Source: Spizellomyces punctatus DAOM BR117 | Taxonomy: Eukaryota | Assembly: GCA_000182565.2 (NCBI GenBank) | Contig: KQ257452.1 | DNA length: 64,000 nt | Direction: 5' to 3' (one strand) | In this document: positions 50,542 to 60,804 of the stretch, piece by piece | Numbering within the stretch: the first letter of the stretch is position 1 | Layout of the letters: every line of letters starts with the position of its first letter | The notes under the pieces: model-generated | Database searches by the model: none | Seen by the model: only the letters and a program-made list of their open reading frames with translations | What the model was told of the DNA's origin: nothing | Translations under genes and position numbers: made by a program

Positions 50542-50951
50542 TGTATGTGACAGCGGTCACTAGGAGCAGCGCTAATGACTGGTTTACAAACCAAGGATTC
50601 CATATAGACTGCCATTCGCTTGTCAGAAATCCTCCGGCATTTGGTAACCCCCTTGATAGGCTGCAAGAATTACATGTAAGGGGAATATCCTTGATCCAAG
50701 GATCAGTCGTCGGAGAGCAACTTGCTCCTTATGTAATCACGCCCTTTCCGTTGCAGTGGACCATCCTGTATTTTTCTGTGGACAATTTGTGGTATTTCTT
50801 TGAAATTAACTTTTTGGCATCGATTCCATTAACTTTCCACTCTCAAGCCCAGAGGCATTATTCACAAACGTATTGGTCTTTACAGCGTGTACAGCAATGC
50901 GTCGTCTAGAAAGGATGCACAATTGGCCATCAAACCCAACAGCGACGTAGG

Positions 50952-51863
50952 ATGGTAGCGCTTACCAAACTTGCGCGAAAACGCGTCCCACGTATGCGCA
51001 GCACTACACGATATCCAGGTCAGAATCACTTTGAGAAAATCCATTTGGAAACTACAGACAGTTGGAATTCTCAAATTTCAAGCATGCTTTCCCATCTAGT
51101 TCCTGATCGAGACCAAGGAGAATGTCCACGCAACAAACGACGGAGGCCACCGCAGTCGGCGGGGCTGGTGCCATCGTGGCTGGAGAGCTTGAAGAACAGC
51201 TTGGGGAAAAATTTTGACAAACATGCTGGTACGTTCGTTTTAACGGTTCCCAAAGCATCTTAATATATTGGAAGCACCATCCTTATTCATTATGGGTTGG
51301 CAGCGAGAGTTCAGCTGTCGACACTGTCCACCCAGACCCGTCCACAAACCCGTACCACCAGGTTTCGCGGGTTCTTCAACACCCCCTGTGCAGCCTCCCG
51401 ACTTCCAGCAGCAATCACGGTCAAATTATCCTCCCTCCTTCTCTTGAAATATGACCTGAGATCAGACAGCCTGGTCATGGGCTCTGAAGCCGAACTCTTG
51501 TTTTCTCTGCCGAAAACCAACGAAGAATATCGTTTGAGCGGAACATTATATTGCATTGCTCCACCCAACGCGACAGTATCCCAGTTGCCTTCTTGGGCTC
51601 GTGGCATTATGACAAATCCATGCATGTGGGACGCAGAACGACGGCGAGTGTGGATGAGCTTGAGTCCAAAGGAACAGAAGGAGTACGGAAGCGAAGAGCA
51701 TTTCGGGATTTTATTATTAGACGTGGATTCTGTAGATCATTTGGTGTTGGAAGAATGGAATGAGGTGGTGGCCAAGGAGCGGACGCTCTTCAAGGTGGTT
51801 GTGCCCAAGCGGACTTGGGGTAGGATTACGGGGGTTGACTGGGAGGTTGAAATTGTAAAATAA
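50952..51863 (+). CDS. Pyridoxamine 5'-phosphate oxidase-like FMN-binding protein (Alr4036/YGR017W type)
   Basis: PSWLESLKNSL, VQLSTL..RPQTRTTRFRGF, YDLRSD, EEYRLSG, WDAERRRVWMSLS, HFGILLLDVDSVDHLVL. The start may instead be ATG 51084. Confidence 0.75.
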
Positions 51864-51926
51864 TTCTCTGCGTATATAACAAGATAGAGACTGTGTATAA
51901 TCATGCAAGTCATTTAAAATCAGAAT

Positions 51927-52495
51927 TCATCCCGAATCCCCGTCCTCATCATCCTCGTCAATTTCCATTTCACGAAACAAGAAGCTGCGATACAGGCTAT
52001 TATTACGGGGACTCGGAGCAGGAGACCCTTCCCCATTATCAGATTTGTCAGGACGATTAGAGGCCAGAAGGTGGTTAGGAATATTTCCGGTCATCAGATG
52101 CATGAACCGTATTCGGGTTCGAAACGGTGGCTGTGAGGAAAAACCCTCGGTTACACGCCACTGAGGAGACATTCCAAAACCAGTTCATGGTTGAAGTTAC
52201 AGACCTCAAATCGTGCCATGGCATGCATAATAGCGGTCCACTCCGTCTGGCACACTCCTGCAAGCGTGTTCTTCAACTCCCTCTCTTCGCTGTCTGTATC
52301 ATCAGTCCACTGTTCCAAGGTGCTTACAAAGTTTGGCTTTGTGGCTGCTGCAAGGGACGAGGACGAGAACGGCGGTTCAAGAGCGAAAGTGGTGATGGAA
52401 TGAACAGAAGGTGTGTATTGAGTTCGGACGGATGCAGAGCGGGTGTGGGCAGAAGGAGCGCTCTCTCGTGGGGAAGGTACTGGTGGGAAAGGCAT
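51927..52495 (-). CDS. Hypothetical protein, 2 exons, acidic C-terminus
   Basis: ORFs 52151-52495 and 51927-52172 join in frame (ARFE|WRVTEG). No recognised domain. Confidence 0.5.
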
Positions 52496-52779
52496 GGGAG
52501 GGCAATGATTCGTGACTGGCCTTGGGCAAAGGCAGACTGGAAATCCAAAGCTTGAATTTCAACAGTTGGGAATTGCGCGTTCCTGTGCACGTGGACAGAC
52601 AGGTCACAGCAATGCAAATGTACTTCACGCCAGATGGGTGGGCTACTAGGATACTGCATGCACACATATGAAAGAAAGAGACAAAATAGAGGGTATTTTA
52701 CATTGGATTGTCAAAGGATACGAACCATATTGACAACCAAAGGCCATATATATGACAACAGTATCACCCGTACGCAGAC

Positions 52780-53967
52780 CTACTGTGCCTGGACTCCAAC
52801 AAAGCTTGCGATAATGTCGCTTTGCGAGACCACCCCGATTGGTCTCAGGTCCTCCAACGTTTCAACGACCCAGACCCTGTGAATGTGATTCCCGACGAGA
52901 AAGCCTATGATATCACGGAGTGTGTGATCCGGCGTACAGACAACAGGTGTCTTAATTTGACCAGTCGAAGATTTGCTCTGCACAAGGTACGCGTGATTAG
53001 GGTGGACCAAGTGTCGCGATCTGAAATGCAGAGCCCACCTTCAAATATTCCAACACGGGCTTTTCCAACTCGGTCAATCCGATTCTTGTAATGCCCCTCA
53101 AATCACTCGCACTTAGGTTCGCCACAATCAGTCCGTTATCATTGACTACTGGCAATGCTGCCACCTTCTTCTCCCTCAGGATAGCAAAACCTTGAATGGC
53201 GGTATCCCTGTCACGCATGGTCACCACGTGCTTTTGGGCAGTCAAAGGCTTCAACAAGGACACTTTGATGGGAAGGTCCAGATCAATGGAGGGTGTAACG
53301 GATTCGGGATGTGCATGAACATGACGGATGATATCTGACTGGGTCAAGAGGTAGGGATTCTGTTGCAAGAAAACATTAGCTAAACCATGCATGCCTTCGC
53401 GAATGCACGCTTAGAGGGCTTACCTTCGCACCCATAGCGTCCGTGATGAGTGCACGATGAATTCCACGAGCAAATGCGACCATGGTCTGACCAGTAAGGT
53501 AAATTTATTGGACATTGGCGTCAGGAACGAGTCAGTGACACTTGCCGCTTCAAGGGTATCCCTAAAGTCTCGCTCCCATATCCTGTAACTCTCTTCCTCT
53601 TCGTCCCCCAATCCCAACGTCTCTACATTCTCAATGGTTTCCTTTTCCAAGTCAACTTTGTCTAAGCCGTCCACTCCACCAGTTTTGAGTATATACCCGA
53701 CAATGTCGGACACGCTAACCACAGCCGCAATAGGCGAGATGCCGGATCGGCCTTTGATAGGAACTATGATGCTGTCACGCTGCTTCATAAATTCTAAGCA
53801 CCGAGCAATGCTTCAAGCCCAGCAAATGTTAGCAGTTTGCTTTTTGCCTAGTCGTGATGACTTTGACGATACCTCGCGTCGGGTGGGACCGTCGTCACCG
53901 GGGGTTTCTTGGTTTCGAGGTGCAGGTCATCGAAGGTGAGGTTTGCAAGGGGACAAAGGGATGGCAT
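52780..53967 (-). CDS. Four-CBS-domain protein (AMPK-gamma/Sds23-like)
   Basis: CBS motifs VVSVSDIV, GIHRALV, LLTQSDII, VAALPVVNDNGLIVANLSASDLRG, HIHRVWVV...PIGVVSQSDII. Confidence 0.88.
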
Positions 53968-54164
53968 CTTACGACGATGTTATATTTGAGAGGGTAAACC
54001 GGCAGTGTCAAGATGGTATTTCTTGGAGGATGAATGTTATCTAGGTGCTCTGCGCCAGGTGGCTTAGAAGCTGCTGATTCCAAACAGCGGCGTGTTTGGC
54101 CAGCGCGGCTGACGTGGAGAAGGGAACTAGAATTCGCTCAGACCATAATATAAACCAGCTGAAG

Positions 54165-54739
54165 ATGTCGGGAAGAGCAACAAAAACGGATATAGACAAG
54201 GTAGGCAAACCACGGGCATTGCTTTTGATAGGTGCGGAGATTTACTGTACTCATAGGTGTGGCAAACCTTCGACTACAACAACAATGGCATTCTGTCCTT
54301 GGCCGAGATAGACCGAGCTGTGATAGAATTGCTCCCCCAGTATGCCAAAGATAAGCCAGCCATCTTGCGGGCATACAAGGCCGCGGATGCCAGCAAGGAC
54401 GGTTTCATTGACCGCAAAGAATTTGAGAGACTGGTAGACTTTTTGGGGTACTATGATGACCTGTTCAAAAAGTTCTCCAAGATGGACACGGATGGAGATA
54501 GGAGAGTGTCGTTTGATGAATTCAAGAAGGGGTGGTCTGATGCTGGATTCAGTGTAAACGAGGGAGATGTAAGGAAGACTTTTGACGCCATTGACAAGAA
54601 TAAGGGTGGTTACATCCTCTTCGAAGAGGTATGCAAGGCTTCCTTTGCTACTATCATTATTGCTTGATGCTAATGTATGTGACCTGCTTTCTAGTTTTGC
54701 GGAGCGCTGGCGAAGAAGAAGGTGTCAAGTAAACATTAG
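54165..54739 (+). CDS. EF-hand calcium-binding protein, flagellar calcium-binding protein (calflagin/FCaBP)-like
   Basis: Four EF-hand loops: DYNNNGILSLAE, DASKDGFIDRKE, DTDGDRRVSFDE, DKNKGGYILFEE. Also AILRAYKAA and a C-terminal FC..LAKKK. Two introns. Confidence 0.8.
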
Positions 54740-54824
54740 ACTTAGAGGTTAGATAACGCATTGGGGAAACGTAGTTGACGCGTTTTTGTACTTGGTCAAA
54801 CTCTACTGTCGCGCAATACAAATC

Positions 54825-55419
54825 ATGACAGATCTGCAGCGGCCTGGAACTTCAGAACCCCCAAACCGCACAAACCCACTTTCATCCGCACAAAGCACAC
54901 GCAATGCTGCGCAAAAACCTAGTCCAAAGCAATATCTGGCTCCGCTCCCCAACTCCACTTCACCTTCTTCCTCCCCGGATCGCCGCACACCCCAACCTCC
55001 CCCAACAAAGCTCGCACAAACAATAAGCAATTTGACAGAACGCACTCGGGCAGCTCGTGAATCACTGGAAAAGATGACGCAACTAACTGCCCAACTTCGG
55101 GAACAATGCAACTTGCAAGATGCCGAATGCGCCGCGTTGGAAACCGAAAAAACCAGGGCAAAGGAGGAGTTGGAAGGGATGATCAAGCGAGTGGAGGAAC
55201 TCGTAAAAGAAAAAGTGAAGGTTGAGCATCGGTTGGAGGAACTGAGAGGAGAGAATGATAGATTGGAGAGTTTCTTGGCTGTATGTTCTGCAAATTCAAT
55301 CCTCACCAGAGTAACATAAATTCACACGGTATCTTTTGTTACAGGAGAGTGAGACGGTCGCTAAATCCACTGCAACCTTTCTGAAACCAAAAACATCGCA
55401 CCAAAAGCAACTGTCCTAA
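54825..55419 (+). CDS. Small coiled-coil protein with Pro/Ser-rich N-terminus
   Basis: Heptad region LAQTISNLTERTRAARESLEKMTQLTAQL...LRGENDRLESFLA. One intron near the 3' end. Confidence 0.6.
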
Positions 55420-55561
55420 TCATCCTTACGATCCATCCTAGCCTGATTCTATGTACGGCTAGCACCATCTGGACACACTGTCCATTGTTTGTGTCGAAAT
55501 AGCCTCAATGACTGCAAACTCTTCAGTCCCGTGGCCGAAAGGCATCTCCAACAAACAGAGT

Positions 55562-58500
55562 TTAGTCATCATTTTCTGGCAAGAATCCGCCTCTTGGCGA
55601 CTGTCCGTTCTGAGGCGTAGATCCACCAGAAAAGCTGCCATCACCGTCACCGACTTCATCGTCAGCAAACGGGCCTGCCATGTCCGATTGGTCATCCTCC
55701 TCTCCATCATCTATTGTGTTTTCCGAATAGCGCGCACCATTTCCACCATCTTCTTCCTCATCACTGTCTCCCTGACTTCCGTCCTCGTCCACCATGTACT
55801 CTCTCATCAACCTCTCCTTCGTCAAAACCGAAACAATAAGCTTTTTCCAGCGAGTATACACGCGTCTTTGCCGCTTTCTGATCTCTTGTTCACGCAAGAG
55901 CTGAAGATTCTCTTCATATGCCTGGGAGACGCAAATTACCTATCAGCAAAAGAGCTGCGCGGGTGTGATTTAACCTTGCACAAACCACGATGAGGATTTC
56001 CTCGAATTCTTCGGCAACGACAATACCGTTAATCACTGGCGTTGAACGTCCTGCGTGGAACTCAAATCCGACCTGGCGAAAAGATTAACAATGATGAGGC
56101 CTTCAGTCGAGAAAGAACCTTAGATAGATGTAAACCCACCACTGCATTGGCATAGTCGATTCCAAGCTTCTTCGCCAGTCTGCCTACACCATTCACTGAA
56201 TGAAGAACATGGTATTGAGTACGACGTGTAGCCTCCCACGTTGAAGATAAGCACATCAGCAAACACACATTGTAGATGAACAGCACCGATGGGCAACATA
56301 TTTCGATGAAAGATTTCAATGTTCCCAAAGGCGTTTCTTGGAATCTTTCCCTACATATGCGGCCGGTCATTTATTAGGACCTGCATTCATTACCCAGCCA
56401 AATGCCTCCAGGGCCATATTCACTTACATCGACCAAGGGTTCTGCGACGAATTCCTCCGTCTGCCACTCGCCAAAAACCGCCGACATTGAAGAATCCCCT
56501 TCTGGGCCCAATTCCTCTCTGCTGGCTGGATCATTGAGCTTCTCTGCTTCAATCTGCCGTTTACGAGTAATGGTCGCGACGCGGGCTTTCACATGTTTGA
56601 CAGGTTCTTCATCGGGTTTGACTCGCCGGCCTTTCTTGAGCCATGTTTCTGCGGTATGAAGCTGTTGATACGATTTAGATGGTAGCGAAGATAGGCTAAA
56701 CAAGAAGAACTTGTATATACCTGCTTCACATGACTACGCGGATAGACGAGCTCATTCTTAAATCTTCCAATCGCGTGTGCTTTTCCACGGGGATGAATGA
56801 CCTCGTACTTTTTCAAATGCCGTTCTAACGCATATCTGCAGAAGATCAGCTTCAACAACCCACCCACACATTATGTGCGGCAAAAGGGTGGGTCACAAAC
56901 ATACAATGTATGATCCTTGAATCCCGCTAAACTTGTGGGCATCTTCTCGTCTACTTCTGATTTTTTCAGCTGCTCGTCCTCATTTTTGTCCACTTCATTT
57001 CGGTCGCTCTTTGAGTACAGCCACAGAGTCTGTTCCCACCATCCTTCGCCTTCCTGTCCGGAAGGAAGGCGGAGACGGACAGTACGGGCTCCCCATTGAG
57101 ATGTGTATCGGCGGGTCACGTCTTTGACGCCAAATCCTTTGGTGTGCGCGATGATGTCTTTGTCGTGGCATAACAACCTAAATCACCGAGAGTGCTTACC
57201 TTGCTCATAACCGACGACGTAGCTTATCTGTAACTGGTTCATAGCCGATGCCGGGGGTTCCATAGCTTCAGTGTCCTTTACAATACCTCGCGACGGATCG
57301 ACAGGCACCCACTCCTTATCCACCTGCGAATAGATTTCACACCAACATTGGAGCGGATACGGTATGAGAACTGTAGTGGTACCATTCGGGTTCCCTGTAG
57401 CAGTACCAACAGACGATGATCTCGAACTTGGGCCCTCATAGACTTCCGAATCGCTTCCACGGTCCGACTGTCTGCGTGGTTGTCTAGTCTTTTTGGAGGA
57501 TCGCCCCGATGGTTTTATGGTTGCCTTTTGATTGGATAAAGAAAGTGGTATAGGATGAAGAGAACAAACTAAGCGGGTTTCCAGCTTCATTGCTCGGCAT
57601 GCAGCGGTGAATAGCAATCCAGACACTTCCGCTGATACAAATCGTGTTGGATCGTCCTGAGCCTTTGCCATGTATGCCCCAAATATATCCAGTAAAGTGG
57701 CTGGGCCATCGACCATTTGAGAATCTGAGGTGCCTTGTACTCTCACTTGATCTTTCCACCACCGAGCAAATAGTTTAATGTAATGCGTCAGAAGCTTCTC
57801 GCGATGCCCAGGTCTTTGCCTTGCAGTTGCTTTCCCTTTTCCCTTCCCTGTGCCGCGCTGCTGTCCCGTCAATCCCGCATAAATATCCTCTGGGACAATC
57901 GATACAACTACAGCCTGCAGTTCCTCGTCATTACACCATCTGTTGCGAAATAATCCGCTAGATAATAGGCATAGAAGATGGACTTTATGTATTAGCATTC
58001 GGCGAATGCGGTCCTCTTTACGAATTCCCCGAGACTTGGGCTTTTTAGTGGTTATAGCGCCAGTTACGGAACTTGACTCTGACGTTTTGATGGAGATTTC
58101 AAAGCCTTCATCGGCGATTTCGTTGCTGATTTCAACAGACTGATTGAAATCCATGGTGGAAGTATTCTCAACCCCAACCTCTTCCCACTCTTCGTCCTCC
58201 TCACTATCAGAGTCATCCGCCACCAATTCAGTGGTACAAGCGTCTTTGACTGGACTCGCAGGCACCGGCGACTTTGGAAGAGAATGGTTCTCCCATTGGG
58301 ACTTTGCATGCACCGACGGGTTGAAGAAGTTGTTTAGAAACGGATCAGCACGTTGTGTCGCCGGTGATGGCAAATGTGAAGAATTGTGGCTTTTATCATG
58401 CTCCCCCCGCGCTGTCGATGAACTTCCCGCCGCTCTATGACCAGAGGAGGACCCGGATGCTGCCCATCTTGTCGCATCCAGGGTCTTCACCCGTTTCGGC

Positions 58501-58619
58501 GGAGACAGCGGCTCAACATTGAGTGGTCTTTTATTTTCAGACTTTGTCTTTTCTGAGGATTGTTTCGATAAAGACGATGGAGTTTCATTTTTGCCTGAGG
58601 ATCGGGTTCGGGAGTTCAT
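55562..58619 (-). CDS. RAD4: Nucleotide excision repair damage sensor XPC/Rad4
   Basis: HKVHLLCLL, WCEIYS...WVPVDP, VKDVTRRY, FKDHTLYALERHL, GKIPRNAFGNIEIF, LGIDYANAVVGFEFH...PVINGIVV. Confidence 0.95.
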
Positions 58620-58765
58620 TGATTTCCTGAAAAGCAGAGATCACCCTACAAGGAAAGCTTGTGGGAGAGGGTGGGTAAGTATTATTATGTAAGCATATCG
58701 TCTGTGCCATCCAAGGTCAACGAAAGCCGAAAAACAACTTGAGTTGCTGTTGTGATCCCCTGGAC

Positions 58766-59862
58766 ATGCGAAAGGGGAAAAGTAGTTTAAAAGCAAAACT
58801 TTCAAACAGCGTCAAGAGTCGTAATCCATCCATTGTTCAGCAGCAAACAGGATCAGCATGTTCCGAAACCAAATCAGTTCAAGACCTCCTTTGGAGCTCT
58901 CGCCCTCGTGGGAGGGTTAGAGATGCCGACGAGAACAAGGTCGTGAACGCCTATAGTTGGTATCTTGCGCATGTTACGCCTCCGTTGCGAACGAGAACCT
59001 TTGCGGGTCCACCGCCCCCTAATGGTTGGGTCCAATTATGGAAGGGTGAGTTCTCTTTACGTTGGTTTCAAAGCTCAACGAGCTCATGTGGTGATACGTA
59101 GGACCCCGAACGCTAACAGCCGACGACCTGACCGTAACTTGCCAAAGTTTGCAGTCGCTATCTGCAGAGGTCGTTGCCAAAAACCTACGGTTACGTGCAC
59201 GCTTGGCGGGCGATTTGCGGGCGATACCATTTCATCAGAAGGAGAACATAATGAAGTGTGCAACTGGAATGCGGGACACTGATTTGGCCTTGTTTTCCGC
59301 TGAGGATCTTACAATCGTTGCCTTACGAAGATCAGCGGTGACTGTTGAGGGACTCGCGAGATTTCTTAATGTGGCATTAATTGTGGATGAAGATGACATA
59401 CAGCCACATATGGAAGACATGGATGCTGAGAAAAAAGAGGAAATAGTGGATTCGTGGGAAGAGTTGGAGGAGGATGATATGATCCCCAGGTCAATGGAAC
59501 CCGTCGGTTACTCGCATATCCATACTCTCGACATATCCTTCAATGTTCGAATTACTGGGGTGGCTTTTGCAAAGTTGATCACGCAAGCCCTCCCGCGCTT
59601 GTTCATACTCAACATATCTGGTTGTTTTGATCAAGTGCAGGGCCCAAGTACCTTGGGTATACTGTCCAGGAAATTGAATTATCTCAAAGAACTGGATGTA
59701 TCATATTCCAACTGGGTCACAAAAGAGGTTTTGATGTGTATCGGTTGGGAAGAATGGTGGAGGAGCTTGGAGCTACTGCAAATTGTCGACTGTGGAGACG
59801 GTGTACAGGCAGTTAGGGAGGAGCTTAAAGTGATTCGGCCGAGTCTTGTAATCCGATACTGA
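58766..59862 (+). CDS. Leucine-rich-repeat protein with a GPPPPxxW / PSLxxL N-terminal motif
   Basis: RTFAGPPPPNGW, then LPSLQSLS and LRRs IHTLDISFN, LFILNISGC, LKELDVSYS, LELLQIVDC. Confidence 0.65.
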
Positions 59863-59895
59863 TGTGCATGTTTTATTGCGGTTAGCTATTGTTGA

Positions 59896-60524
59896 TTAAA
59901 CATAGAATAACCTAACACTGAATTCTGATAAAGGCATGTCTCCATCGTAAAAGGATGTCCTAATAATTGTGTTTCCGCTCAGAACTGAAGCGGGTATCAT
60001 ACTACCAATGTCCGCCTCAACGGTGTGCTGCCAGGAGTTGGTCGAATTTGGAATTACGAAGCCGAAGGTTGAGGACCAGTCTATTGCATACGGCAAAAAT
60101 AAAAGAAAATATAGGGACGCTAGTATACTACAGACACGCCTACCTTCAGCGCATTCATCATGAACGTAAACCTTCTGAGAGACATGCAATCTTTGAATGG
60201 ATGCCACAGACGAAAATACAATCTCGCGAGATATGGACGGAACAGTTAGAATGGAGGCCGGAAGAGTGGCATGCTTCTCCTGATTGGATATTGTGTCTTG
60301 CCTGCACTTTTGTAAATCTCTGAGTGGAAATAAACCCAGGATGTGCAGTAACATTGACGCGCCATACCAATTCATCTCTTGCCATATTATCTCGCCCGTT
60401 TCGGCATTTCTGAGATTCATGCTCTCTCTTTATAACCAGGACCACAGAGGCGATGAATGCAGCAAATCTATCTGGGATATCCATAGTTCACTCACATTTT
60501 GAATCCTGTGCCTTGGTCCAACAT
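59896..60524 (-). CDS. PDE6D: Prenyl-binding protein PDE6-delta (PrBP/delta)
   Basis: GFK..MNLRNAETGEIIWQ, ISREIVFSS, FGFVIPNSTNSWQ, IPASVLSGN, VRLFYV* closely match human PDE6D. Confidence 0.93.
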
Positions 60525-60804
60525 TGCAATAATTGTTATGGCCTGTTTGCCCTTGTCGGAATCTCTAAAGAGCTTGCTTACGTGAACCCACGTGTTAATA
60601 GGCGTCACATGCGTTGCTGATTTGTCTCGTGGAGGAGAGGCGAAGAAGTGGCCTCACAAAGGCTGGAGATCTCCAACGAAGGGGTTACTTGAAGGACACT
60701 GGAAAGCACTTGGCGAACACACGACTTGGATGCACTGGAACAACTAGGTGTTTTGCTGACAAGGCTGCATCCTCACGCCCACTGACGCCCTCGTCCTGAC
60801 CACC

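Noticed and set aside
50545-50600. RFX/X-box search upstream of cilium-related genes
   Set aside because: Only a partial half-site resemblance here, and none was seen at PDE6D or the calflagin-like gene.
50560-51260. Minus-strand ORF fragments with apparent splice sites
   Set aside because: No consistent frame could be assembled. Better explained as the divergent promoter and exon 1 of the plus-strand PNPO-like gene.
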